A DNA stretch of 64,000 nt from an uncultured Fibrobacterota bacterium (lineage in GTDB: Bacteria; Fibrobacterota; Chitinivibrionia; Chitinivibrionales; FEN-1185): the NCBI GenBank assembly GCA_963729895.1, contig CAVSQB010000022.1, positions 119,971-183,970 on the forward strand, written 5' to 3'. Below are positions 53,235 through 62,123 of the stretch, in pieces; positions within the stretch are counted from its first letter, which is position 1; every line of letters begins with the position of its first letter. The notes under the pieces are model-generated. The model was not told the origin of the DNA and ran no database searches. It saw only the letters and a list, made by a program, of their open reading frames with translations. The position numbers and the translations under genes are program-made.

Positions 53235-54176
53235 TTATTCATGCGCTATTTCGTCGGGAATGTCCGGGTGCCGGTCGGTGAGAATACGGGCGCGTTTGTT
53301 AAGCACACCATCGAGGAGCGGCCACGAGACCTGGGCCGCTTCATGGATCCTGCCCGTATAGTACTGCAGATCCTTTATGCCGTACGTTGAAAGCTTTTTG
53401 TCAACGGCGGCGCGTCCGACGGACGCCATGTCCGACGCGTCCGACGAAACGGTCACCGACCACAGGGTGGCATACATGTGGATATACGCGTACAGCGGCC
53501 GCACGTGGCGGAACACCGAACGCAGGGTGCACTGGATGCTTGCGAACGTACGCGGACGGGCCACGGGCGATTCGGTATGCATCACGAACACGCCGCGGGA
53601 ATCCACGAACGACCGCTTCACAGAACGGAAGAAGTCCCTGGTATACAGGAATTTCGCCGGGCCGAACGGATCGGTCATATCCATAATCACGATGTCGAAT
53701 GTCGCCGGGTTCCTTTCGACGAATTTGCGTCCGTCCGTGATGTGAATGCTCACGCGCGGATCGTCGAAAGCGCCCCGGTTGAGCGAGGGCAGATACTTCC
53801 GGGAAAACGCGATCACGCCTTCGTCGAGCTCGGCGAGGTCCACCGATTGCACGCACGGGTATTTGAGCACTTCCCGGATGATGCCGCCATCGCCTGCGCC
53901 GATCACCAGCACGCGCCGGGGGCGCGGGTGCGTGCACAGGGCGGGGTGCACCATGGGCTCGTGATAGTAGCATTCGCCTCGTTCTGCGGCCTGGGTAATG
54001 CCGTCGAGGATCAGGACCCGGCCGTATTCGTTTGTGTCAACAAGTTCGAGGGTCTGGTACTTGGTGGCGCCGAACTGCAGGCGGCGCTTGATGGTGTAGA
54101 AAAAGCCGGCGTCGCTGTTGAGCCATTCGGCGTGTTGCGTTGAATGCCGGGAACGGCGCAGGCCGAGGGATTTCAT
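53235..54176 (-). CDS. speE: second spermidine-synthase-family aminopropyltransferase
   Basis: 313 aa. ..YQTLELVDTNEYGRVLILDGITQAAERGECYYHE.., ..VLVIGAGDGGIIREVLKY.. and ..FDIVIMDMTDPFGP.. . It is clearly paralogous to, but diverged from, 51036..51908. Confidence 0.8.
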   Translation of the reverse strand: MKSLGLRRSRHSTQHAEWLNSDAGFFYTIKRRLQFGATKYQTLELVDTNEYGRVLILDGITQAAERGECYYHEPMVHPALCTHPRPRRVLVIGAGDGGIIREVLKYPCVQSVDLAELDEGVIAFSRKYLPSLNRGAFDDPRVSIHITDGRKFVERNPATFDIVIMDMTDPFGPAKFLYTRDFFRSVKRSFVDSRGVFVMHTESPVARPRTFASIQCTLRSVFRHVRPLYAYIHMYATLWSVTVSSDASDMASVGRAAVDKKLSTYGIKDLQYYTGRIHEAAQVSWPLLDGVLNKRARILTDRHPDIPDEIAHE

Positions 54177-54197
54177 GATAAATTCCTTAGAAAATTC

Positions 54198-54354
54198 TCA
54201 CCGCAGAGACGCAAAGGGCGCAAAGAAATAGCCATAGATAGTTTTTTGTCCTGCTGATTCATCGCCGGGAAAACGCGGAACAGCTTTGTTCTTGTTCCGT
54301 ATTTGTTTGACTCCCACTCTATTTACCTTTGCGTACTTTGCGCCTTTACGGTGA
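54198..54354. repeat. paired inverted 28-nt arm element, copy C
   Basis: The left arm is TCACCGCAGAGACGCAAAGGGCGCAAAG (54198-54225). The right arm is CCTTTGCGTACTTTGCGCCTTTACGGTGA (54326-54354). The spacer is 100 nt, and the element starts 21 nt upstream of the 54176 ATG. Confidence 0.85.
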
Positions 54355-54376
54355 ACTGCATTATTGAGGTCTCAAG

Positions 54377-55159
54377 TTACAGGTCGTACGAGTAAATGTT
54401 TTTGCACTGAAAAATCTCAAGCATCTCCTTGCGCAGGAGGCTCGATATCTTTGACCGCGCGGAGGGCGTGAGCGATTGGCTTTCGGACCCGAACAGGTAC
54501 TTTTCGAGTTCGAACTTGCGCTGCATCATCTTGGTATGAAAGATGTTGTCCGACACGATATTGATGTCGTAGGCGGTGTAGATGTCGAGAATCTCGTCGG
54601 AGATGTAGTCTTGTATCGACGTGATGTCGTGGTCGAGGTAAATTTTGCGGCCGTGCACGTCACGGGTAAAGCCCCGCACCTTGTAGTCCATCAGCACGAT
54701 GTCCGAATCGAAGTTGTCGATGAGGAAATCCAGGGCGCGCAGCGGCGATATCGTGCCGCAGGTGGTGACGTCGATGTCGACCCGAAACGTGCTCATGCCG
54801 GTTACGGGGTTGGTTTCCGGGTAGGTGTGCGCGGAGATATGGCTTTTGTCAAGATGGGCAAGGGTCTCCTGCGGCACCGATTGGTGCCCCTCGTTGATGA
54901 GCACGGTCACCGATGCGCCGCGGGGCTCATAGTCCTGGCTCGACATGTTGATGATGTTCGCTTCGATGATCCTGGTGACTTCTTCAAGGATGCTTCGGAT
55001 CTTCTTGGAGTTGTACACCTCGTCGATGTAATCGAGGTAGTCGGTCTGGGAGGCCTTCGACCGGGCATAGCAGATATCGTAGATGTTGAAACTGAGCGAC
55101 TTGGTGAGACTGTTGAAGCCCTGCAGCTTGATCTTTCTGCCGCGGCACCGGTTTATCAT
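54377..55159 (-). CDS. speD: S-adenosylmethionine decarboxylase proenzyme (E. coli SpeD type)
   Basis: ..KLQGFNSLTKSLSFNIYDICYA.., ..SQDYEPRGASVTVLI.. and ..LAHLDKSHISAHTYPE.. parallel E. coli SpeD ([22 protein letters not shown] / VAHLDKSHICVHTYPE), including the self-processing Ser region. Confidence 0.9.
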   Translation of the reverse strand: MINRCRGRKIKLQGFNSLTKSLSFNIYDICYARSKASQTDYLDYIDEVYNSKKIRSILEEVTRIIEANIINMSSQDYEPRGASVTVLINEGHQSVPQETLAHLDKSHISAHTYPETNPVTGMSTFRVDIDVTTCGTISPLRALDFLIDNFDSDIVLMDYKVRGFTRDVHGRKIYLDHDITSIQDYISDEILDIYTAYDINIVSDNIFHTKMMQRKFELEKYLFGSESQSLTPSARSKISSLLRKEMLEIFQCKNIYSYDL

Positions 55160-55187
55160 TGAGTCAACCCCCTTGGGAAATTAAGTT

Positions 55188-55346
55188 TCACCGCAAAGGC
55201 GCAAAGAGCCCAAAGAAAAGGCCGCAAAAGAATTATTGAGATTAAGAAAATCAGCTTGTGAATTATATCGAAAACCACGGTTCTCTTTAACCATCTAATT
55301 GTATTCTCTCCAGCTTTCCTTCGCGTCCTTTGCGCCTTTGCGGTGA
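55188..55346. repeat. paired inverted 28-nt arm element, copy D
   Basis: The left arm is TCACCGCAAAGGCGCAAAGAGCCCAAAG (55188-55215). The right arm is CCTTCGCGTCCTTTGCGCCTTTGCGGTGA (55318-55346). The spacer is 102 nt. The element starts 28 nt upstream of the speD ATG and ends 8 nt after the response-regulator stop. Confidence 0.85.
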
Positions 55347-55354
55347 ATCTTCCT

Positions 55355-56251
55355 TTACAATTCGTTGATGTAGAGCGGCTTGTACCCCCGGTACTTGGGG
55401 GAAAAATAATTGATGAGTATGACCTCGGTCTTTTTTTTCGGGGCGATGTTCACGATCATCCTGTCGGAAAACAGCCTGCTCATGTGCAGGCCCCTGCCGG
55501 AGTCGTCGAGTACGCCTTCGCCCAGCATCTGGCGTTCGATCTTGTAGAGCACTGTGCCTTTTGTCAATCGACCTATGTTGTCCGTGACCGAAACGCCGTA
55601 TTTTTCCGCGTCGTACCCGCAGTCGAGGTGTACGAATTCGGCGGGAGCAAGGGTGACATCGGAGAATTCCTCGTATTTCGCGGTACCGTCGGGAAAGGAG
55701 GGCGCGTGGTACACCGCATTGGTGATGATCTCGTCCAGAATAAGCCGCATGTCGCCGGCAACGCCGAGCTTCTCCGTGAGCAGGGCCACCGCCGCCTCCC
55801 GTATGCCGTTTGCCTCGCGGGAGGAACGGACCTCAAAGGTTCCCAGGCGGGTAAACTGCGGCAGCATGTAGCGGGACAGGCCGAAGATGTCGCCGGTGAG
55901 CAGGCCGTCGATGAGCGAGCCGAGCTCGGTGAAGTTGAACGGCGACGTTTTGGGAATGATGTTCGAGACCCCGCTGGTGCGGGCAAGGCGGACATAGTCG
56001 TCCACGTTGTAGGCGGTAATCAGTACGGTGCGCGTGGCCGGATACAACCTCTTGATTTCAGCGAGAAGCTCGGGCCCCTTCATGCCCGGCATGTTGATGT
56101 CCGATATCGCCATGTCGAACGGTCGTTCTTTGCACAGCGCGAGCGCAGCCTCGGCGTGCTCGGCCGTCACCGCCTCGTAGGTTCCCTCGAGATAATCCAG
56201 CAGCATGGTACGGATCGACACTTCGTCGTCGACGATAAGGATGCGGTACAT
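55355..56251 (-). CDS. response regulator: REC domain fused to a GHKL (RsbW/SpoIIAB-like) ATPase-type domain
   Basis: The REC domain reads MYRILIVDDEVSIR..PFDMAISDINMPGMKG..VLITAY. The C-terminal half has ..LILDEIITNAVYHAP.. (N-box-like), ..VSVTDNIGRL.. and ..DDSGRGLHMSRLF.. (G-box-like). Confidence 0.75.
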   Translation of the reverse strand: MYRILIVDDEVSIRTMLLDYLEGTYEAVTAEHAEAALALCKERPFDMAISDINMPGMKGPELLAEIKRLYPATRTVLITAYNVDDYVRLARTSGVSNIIPKTSPFNFTELGSLIDGLLTGDIFGLSRYMLPQFTRLGTFEVRSSREANGIREAAVALLTEKLGVAGDMRLILDEIITNAVYHAPSFPDGTAKYEEFSDVTLAPAEFVHLDCGYDAEKYGVSVTDNIGRLTKGTVLYKIERQMLGEGVLDDSGRGLHMSRLFSDRMIVNIAPKKKTEVILINYFSPKYRGYKPLYINEL

Positions 56252-57516
56252 CAGGCGGCAACCTCCGCCTCGCCCGCGCCCTTCCCGTGGGAAGGCAGGA
56301 GAAGCGAAAACGTGGTGAGCGACGCGGTGCTCTCGAAGAAAATGCGGCCCTGGTGCTCGTCAACGATTTTCTGGCATATTGAAAGCCCGAGGCCGGTGCC
56401 TTCGCCCGGCGGCCGCGTGGTGAAGAACGGGTCGAAAATCTTGCCCTTGATGTGATCGGGAACGCCGGCGCCGTTGTCCGAGACATCAATTCGCACCGCA
56501 TCTCCTTCCTGCCGGGTCGACACGAGTATCAGCCCGGAAAACGGCCGGTTATCGCGGGACAGCGATTCTGTGTTGTCAATCACCGACTGCACCGCGTTCG
56601 TGACGAGATTGATAATCACCTGTTGGATCTTGGCGGGGTCGCACCGCACGCGGGACAAGGCGTCGTCGAAGGCGATCTTCGGTTCCACGGCGCCAAATCC
56701 CTTGAGCCGCACTGCCGCGATCGCCTTGAGAACGAGGCCGTTGACATCCGTGGGCACAAAGGCGCCGTCGTCCTTGCGCGACAGGCTGAGCAGGTCCTTG
56801 ACAATAGCGCTCGCCCGCGACGACGATTCGAGGATGGTGGCGACGCGCGCGGCCCCTTTCTCGTTGAGGCCGTATTTATCGGGCATCTGCAGCATGTTGG
56901 CCGCCGTGCCCGAGATGCCGGAGAGAGGATTGATCATCTCGTGCGCAATGCCTGCAGTCATCGTGCCGATGGATGCGAGCTTCTCGGACCGGATGAGCTG
57001 GTCGAGGATGGCCTGTTCGTCGGTGGCGTCGCGGATGTGTTCGATGACGTTGCGGATGGTTCCCGATTGGTCGAGCACCGGATAGGTCGCAACCGTAAAG
57101 TACCGCGGACGGTCTTGGCGCGTCATGGCGGCCTGGTGCTTGTGCACGGGCTTTCCGGTGGCAAACGTCATCTGCGCCGGGCAGTGTTCGCACGGCTCGA
57201 CCCTGCACCAGAAAACTTCCCAGCAGTGCTTGCCGAGCAGGTCCGCAATTGGTATGCCCACAAACTCCGAGTAACTCCTGTTTACCCTGGTTATGCGCAA
57301 GTCTGCGTCGAGGGCGCAGATGAGGTCGGTTATCGCGTCGAATGCGGTCTCGAGCTGCTCCTTGCTCAGGGTGATTTTTTCGGTGGTGGCGGCATCGTGC
57401 CCCCGGTTTCCGGCGTCAAGCTGCCGCCGGAGAAAAGCGACTTTCCGCTTTTCCTTGCGATACAGGAAAAACGCCGCGGCAAGAAGCAGAAGCGCGGCAA
57501 GCAGTAGTGGAAGCAT
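56251..57516 (-). CDS. PAS-domain sensor histidine kinase
   Basis: An N-terminal TM helix, a PAS-like segment, the H-box ..GIAHEMINPLSGISG.., then ..LVTNAVQS.., ..DNGAGVP.. and ..GTGLGLSIC.. . It overlaps the RR start by ATGA. Confidence 0.85.
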   Translation of the reverse strand: MLPLLLAALLLLAAAFFLYRKEKRKVAFLRRQLDAGNRGHDAATTEKITLSKEQLETAFDAITDLICALDADLRITRVNRSYSEFVGIPIADLLGKHCWEVFWCRVEPCEHCPAQMTFATGKPVHKHQAAMTRQDRPRYFTVATYPVLDQSGTIRNVIEHIRDATDEQAILDQLIRSEKLASIGTMTAGIAHEMINPLSGISGTAANMLQMPDKYGLNEKGAARVATILESSSRASAIVKDLLSLSRKDDGAFVPTDVNGLVLKAIAAVRLKGFGAVEPKIAFDDALSRVRCDPAKIQQVIINLVTNAVQSVIDNTESLSRDNRPFSGLILVSTRQEGDAVRIDVSDNGAGVPDHIKGKIFDPFFTTRPPGEGTGLGLSICQKIVDEHQGRIFFESTASLTTFSLLLPSHGKGAGEAEVAA

Positions 57517-57518
57517 CG

Positions 57519-60239
57519 TCAGTTCACCTTGCCTGTTATAAACTGCCAGAGTTCGCTTTGGGTCTGAGATTTCCAGTCGCGTGCAACCACCCTCCAGTAA
57601 TAGGTGGTATTCGAGGCCAGGCCGGTCACGGTGGCCACCGTGTCGCCTGACGTTGCGACAAGTGAAAGTCCATCCGGTCCGCTTCCGAAATACACGTCGT
57701 AGAGGAGGCTGTCGTTGTCCGGATCGTGCGCCGAGAACGACAGGGCGACGCTCGCCGTAGTGACAATCGCGCCGCTCAGAGGAGATACCGCGACGGGCGT
57801 GTCCGGCGGCGCGCCGAAATACAGCCGTACCCGTATCGTGTCCGCGCTCGCCCCATCATTGACCGACGCGACAATCGTATCGTAGCCCGTGTACAGGGCG
57901 GGATCGACGGTGTACACGAACGTGTCCACGAGCGCCGAATCGAAGGTGCTGGCGGTGTGCGTTCTGGATTCCGTCAGGGACACGCGATGGCGTTCGACAA
58001 GCGGGTTGTTGGGATCCTCCACGTGAAACACGATGGTGAACGGCCGGCGGTTTGTGTCCAGGTTGAGCGCGCCGTCGGCCAGGGTGTCGGCGGTGTAGGA
58101 CGCCGATATCGAACAGGGCCGCACCGGCGGGACAACCAGAATGCGCGCGTACAAGGTATCGGTGCTCGGAAACTGGTCCTTGACAATAGCTATTATCTGG
58201 TTGTATCCCGTGTCGGCAAGCGCCGGCTCCCACACAAGCAAGCTGTCCGTCGTGTTGTTGAGCAGCAGAGAGGTTTTGCCCACAATCCTGACTGTAAACG
58301 TAAACGGAGGCAGGCCGGTGCCTTGTGCCACGGTGAGCACGGTGCGCAGCGTGTCCCTGCCGCCCACCAGAACCTGGGGAAAATCCTCCGGCCGCGTTCC
58401 AAATAAGACAGGCTTGGGCGGAGGCTTTCCGGGCAGGGAAACATACAGGGTGTACGAAACGAATACCGGCTGGTAGCCGTCCCAGATGCGGACGGTTATT
58501 TTTTGCGATCCCGTGTCGGCCACGCCCGGCGTCCAGGTAATCAGACCGTTTTGATCCACAAGCAAATTCGGCGGCGCCTGGGTTTTCTGGTACTGGAGCG
58601 TGTCGTTGTCCGGATCAACGGCCCTGATCGTGTCGCTGTACGGGACGGCGGCCTGGATAAACGCCGAGCCGGGCGACCGCAGAACAACGGGCAGGCTGTT
58701 GCGGAACACCACGGCCGCCTGGCGCACGGTGTTCTTCTTCTTGTCAACGGCAACCACGACGATTTCGTTGCCCGAAGGAACATGGGCGAGCGGAACCGTG
58801 TCGTAGTACCAGAACCCGTTCGGGGGGATTGGCTTGCCGTTGATGTACAGGGTATCAATGCCGGTCCCGTCGTCGATGGCCTCCACCGCGACATCCCCGA
58901 ACGCCTGGTTGGTGTACAGGCCTTGCGCAGGCTGGCCGTTGACGAGGAAATTCAGGATGCGCGGCGGCACGGTGTCCACGGCGTTCGGTGCGCAGAACAG
59001 AAGAAGGGTTTTTTTGTCCACAACGGCGCCGGTCTGGTTGTCGGTGGCAATGATCTGGACCGGATTTTCGCCTTGCACAAGCGATATGGGCCATTCCCAC
59101 GATAGTGCCGCGCTGGTTATCTGCCGGACAACGGGATTCACCGTATTGTTGACGGAAAGGTACAGCGAGAGACTGAGTGAATCCAGGGAATTATTGATGA
59201 TGTCGCCCGACACCAGATACGCCGTGGCGTTCACGGTGACGGTGTCCGCTGGGGGACTGATAACCTGAATGGACGCTTTCTTGCTTTGCGGTAGTGTCGC
59301 GGAAAATTCGAGCCAGAAGGTTGTGCGCGCCATGTTCCCGTACTGGAAATTGTCGAGCGCATAGACGTTGAGGCTCAGCGGGTTGGCCGACGTGTGCGTG
59401 TACACCTTGTCGAACAGCTTGTAATACACGGTGCCGCTTTTCCCGTCGAACGGCACGCCGTTTACCGATGCGGAATCGACGCCGTTGCCCAGGTCGTCGG
59501 TGATGCGCACCCGGAAGGTAAGGATGGAGTCGCTGGTGAAGATCGTGTCGTTGATCATCGTTTCCGTGTTGACGCAGGTGATCACGGGCTTCACCGTGTC
59601 GCGCAGGAAGAACCCGAAACTGTCAACAGGCGAGACCTGCTTTCCGTCCCACACCCACAGGCCGCCTTTTCCGGCAAAGAACGCCGAGGACGCCTCCACC
59701 TTTGTGCTGCACACCGGCGATACGTAAGGGACGCCAGCGCCGAACGCCCAGAAGTAGGTGACGTCGCGGTCCTTCACGGGCGGGCTGCGCAGCGTCACCG
59801 AATCGCGCTCGAACGCGACCACGCTGTCCTGGCGCAGGGGCGAAACAAGGTACACGTGCAGGCTTTCCGCCACGGCCGAGCCGTTGGTCTTGTACACGGT
59901 GGTGACCACGCTCTGCCAGCCCGTGTCGTAGAACGACACGAAAAAGGAGAACGGCTCCTGGTAAAACTCCCCATTCACCACGGTCGTCTCGGCGCTCGGC
60001 CACAGCCTGTTTGAGGTTGCGGAAACGGAAAACCGGTCCACAAGCTCCTTGACCGTCACGATGACCTGCAGGCTCTCGGTCTCGAAAATCTGCAGGGTGT
60101 CGCGGTTGCGGATGCTCTGGTGGGCCACGTACAGGCCTGCGTTGGCAAAGTCGGTAAAGGGGTTGTAGTCGCGGGAACAGAATACGAATGCCGACGCCAT
60201 AGAGAGCACGATAAAGAGGCGGTTGGTGATTGATTTCAT
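57519..60239 (-). CDS. large surface lipoprotein with Ig/cadherin-like and FN3-like repeats
   Basis: The track ORF reaches 60320; ATG 60239 gives MKSITNRLFIVLSMASAFVFCSRD (lipobox-like). It has a dystroglycan/cadherin-like 'putative Ig' segment (..PPNLLVDQNGLITWTPGVADTGSQKITVRIWDG..) and a C-terminal FN3-like unit (..NTTYYWRVVARD..). Its stop lies 2 nt before the HK start. Confidence 0.7.
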   Translation of the reverse strand: MKSITNRLFIVLSMASAFVFCSRDYNPFTDFANAGLYVAHQSIRNRDTLQIFETESLQVIVTVKELVDRFSVSATSNRLWPSAETTVVNGEFYQEPFSFFVSFYDTGWQSVVTTVYKTNGSAVAESLHVYLVSPLRQDSVVAFERDSVTLRSPPVKDRDVTYFWAFGAGVPYVSPVCSTKVEASSAFFAGKGGLWVWDGKQVSPVDSFGFFLRDTVKPVITCVNTETMINDTIFTSDSILTFRVRITDDLGNGVDSASVNGVPFDGKSGTVYYKLFDKVYTHTSANPLSLNVYALDNFQYGNMARTTFWLEFSATLPQSKKASIQVISPPADTVTVNATAYLVSGDIINNSLDSLSLSLYLSVNNTVNPVVRQITSAALSWEWPISLVQGENPVQIIATDNQTGAVVDKKTLLLFCAPNAVDTVPPRILNFLVNGQPAQGLYTNQAFGDVAVEAIDDGTGIDTLYINGKPIPPNGFWYYDTVPLAHVPSGNEIVVVAVDKKKNTVRQAAVVFRNSLPVVLRSPGSAFIQAAVPYSDTIRAVDPDNDTLQYQKTQAPPNLLVDQNGLITWTPGVADTGSQKITVRIWDGYQPVFVSYTLYVSLPGKPPPKPVLFGTRPEDFPQVLVGGRDTLRTVLTVAQGTGLPPFTFTVRIVGKTSLLLNNTTDSLLVWEPALADTGYNQIIAIVKDQFPSTDTLYARILVVPPVRPCSISASYTADTLADGALNLDTNRRPFTIVFHVEDPNNPLVERHRVSLTESRTHTASTFDSALVDTFVYTVDPALYTGYDTIVASVNDGASADTIRVRLYFGAPPDTPVAVSPLSGAIVTTASVALSFSAHDPDNDSLLYDVYFGSGPDGLSLVATSGDTVATVTGLASNTTYYWRVVARDWKSQTQSELWQFITGKVN

Positions 60240-60377
60240 GGGCGAAAGCATTTTACTTTGTCCGATTTTTTGTGATGACCGCCGGGTGCAAGGATGATCG
60301 TGCACACGGTTTATTTTCATTTCTGTCCACGTGGCGCGACACCCGTGCGTACAATTTTTAGCGCATAGACATGAAAT

Positions 60378-62123
60378 TTAGCGTTGTCGCTCCTCTTCTC
60401 TCTCGGCGATAATCTTCTTAGCCTCTCTTAAATCAATTTTGGCATGGAGTCCATGTTTTTCCAATAAATACAACAAATTTGATCCGTCTAATAAGGTAAG
60501 CGGTTTACCTTTGGCAAATTCATATGCATCTGGCCCATAGTTGGCAGTTGAAACCAAGATTCCCTTGGTAGCGCCTTCATTCATAACAGTGCCATATAGG
60601 TCACGTACAGCTGAGACCCCAACAGTGTTTGTATATCTCTTTGCCTGGATAACGATTTTGCCGCCTCGAATTGGATCCGGATCAAACGCGACGGCATCAA
60701 CGCCCCCATCGTGGCTTGCTTGCGTAACTCTAACTTCCCCACCTGCCGCTTTGAACTCCTTTTCAAAAACTTCCCGAATCAGGTGTTCAAAATCCTCCCA
60801 GTCCATGGCTGCGAGGTTTGTGGAAGTATCAAGGCCATCTGCAACCGCATAGCCCTCGATAAATCTTTTGTCTTTCCTATTAATTTGCAAGATTGGCTGG
60901 ATTGGTGTCAGGCTACTTAGCCTACTACCGGAAACGCCTTTGAGATTCCTGAAGCACGTTCTTGAATCAACATTCCGCAGATCAATTTCACGGAATTCCT
61001 CTTTTTTGACTTGAAGACTGAGAATGCAATTGTTTTCCTCCTTGCCTGTTGCCTTATTTATGGCTTTGACCCAACCGTTAAACGAAATAGCATCGAGTGC
61101 GGTTGCTTTGTCGGCTTCAAAAAGTTCATGAATTGTTCGAAGGGCAATACTAAACATGGATTCATCAAACATTCTACTTTGTTGCGATTCCGAAATGAAG
61201 GCTTCCTTCAATTCATTTTTAGAAGCGACGTACTTAACTTCCTTTACCTTTGGCATTAACTCAAGATTTGGTAGTTGATACTCAACAATAATAATTCGAT
61301 TGTCGGGGTTGTATTCCAGCTCAAAATCCTTGGGGAAACTATCCGGATAGTGAGAATTATTAAGTACCATCTCACAATATTCGGTAATCGAATCGGGCTT
61401 TTTGCCTTGGTAATCTCTATGCATCTGGTCTATTTTTGTGTTATAGTCAGCTTGCTTTGAGAGGAATATCGTTTTCTTGGCTTCCCATTTTGACACGTCG
61501 GATTTCCAAGTTGCCATGCTAACTTCGTATTCGCTATCAATCCCTTTATTTGCTTTCTCAGTTGCCATCCTTTCATCTTCCCATTTGGAAATTGCATCCC
61601 TATAAAGTTGTTCGTGTAAGGCGATTTTCTTATTTCTTAAAGAAGTTATTAGCTTTTCAAAGAAACTGAATTTCGGAACAAATGGATCGTCGGATTTGCT
61701 TGGCATTGAAGGACAAGATTTATAGTTGGGCTTTACAGGTTTATCGGGAATCTTGTCAGGGAAAGGTTCAATTGATTTTAAAGTCCCCCATGAAACGCTA
61801 TTATCAATTGATAACGAATTAACAAGTAAATTGGTAATACCGTTCAGCGCCTGCTCCGCTTCTTTTGTTTGGCGTTCTGCTTCTTCAAAATTGGCCTCTT
61901 TGTCCTCGTTTCGTATCCTCTTTGCTTCGAGCAAGTTCCACTTCTCAGACCATTTTTCCATTTGCATGGTGGCCTTATTTTGAAGCGTATAACTGTCTGG
62001 TGCTGAAACAAGTTTGTGTTCGTTAAGACCAGTATGGTAGATCTCCTGTGTATACCTCAAAACGCGATTGCCAGCAGCATTTTGATAAGCCTTTACCTCA
62101 CCGACCTTTACCAGATGACTCAT
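60378..62123 (-). CDS. Mrr-type restriction endonuclease domain protein with a long unrecognised N-terminal region
   Basis: 581 aa. The C-terminus ..WEDFEHLIREVFEK..HDGGVDAVAF..GKIVIQAKRYTNTVGVSAVRDLYG..GILVSTANYGPDAYEFA.. is the Mrr_cat (D..QxK) pattern. The gene and its flanks are visibly AT-rich. Confidence 0.85.
   Translation of the reverse strand: MSHLVKVGEVKAYQNAAGNRVLRYTQEIYHTGLNEHKLVSAPDSYTLQNKATMQMEKWSEKWNLLEAKRIRNEDKEANFEEAERQTKEAEQALNGITNLLVNSLSIDNSVSWGTLKSIEPFPDKIPDKPVKPNYKSCPSMPSKSDDPFVPKFSFFEKLITSLRNKKIALHEQLYRDAISKWEDERMATEKANKGIDSEYEVSMATWKSDVSKWEAKKTIFLSKQADYNTKIDQMHRDYQGKKPDSITEYCEMVLNNSHYPDSFPKDFELEYNPDNRIIIVEYQLPNLELMPKVKEVKYVASKNELKEAFISESQQSRMFDESMFSIALRTIHELFEADKATALDAISFNGWVKAINKATGKEENNCILSLQVKKEEFREIDLRNVDSRTCFRNLKGVSGSRLSSLTPIQPILQINRKDKRFIEGYAVADGLDTSTNLAAMDWEDFEHLIREVFEKEFKAAGGEVRVTQASHDGGVDAVAFDPDPIRGGKIVIQAKRYTNTVGVSAVRDLYGTVMNEGATKGILVSTANYGPDAYEFAKGKPLTLLDGSNLLYLLEKHGLHAKIDLREAKKIIAEREEERQR

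Noticed and set aside
48602-55346. The repeated 28-nt arms with variable spacers might be read as a CRISPR array or as integron attC sites between gene cassettes.
   Set aside because: The arms occur as inverted pairs, not direct repeats. There are only four loci, and they are separated by whole genes. No cas genes or intI integrase are in the window. The arms also lack the attC core sites (RYYYAAC/GTTRRRY). They are reported instead as an unexplained repeat family.
55343-56455. 370-aa plus-strand ORF, plus 56452..57507 (351 aa) and 56474..57085 (203 aa).
   Set aside because: All are antisense to the well-supported response regulator and histidine kinase genes, and their translations are low-complexity (Gly/Arg/Val/His-rich).
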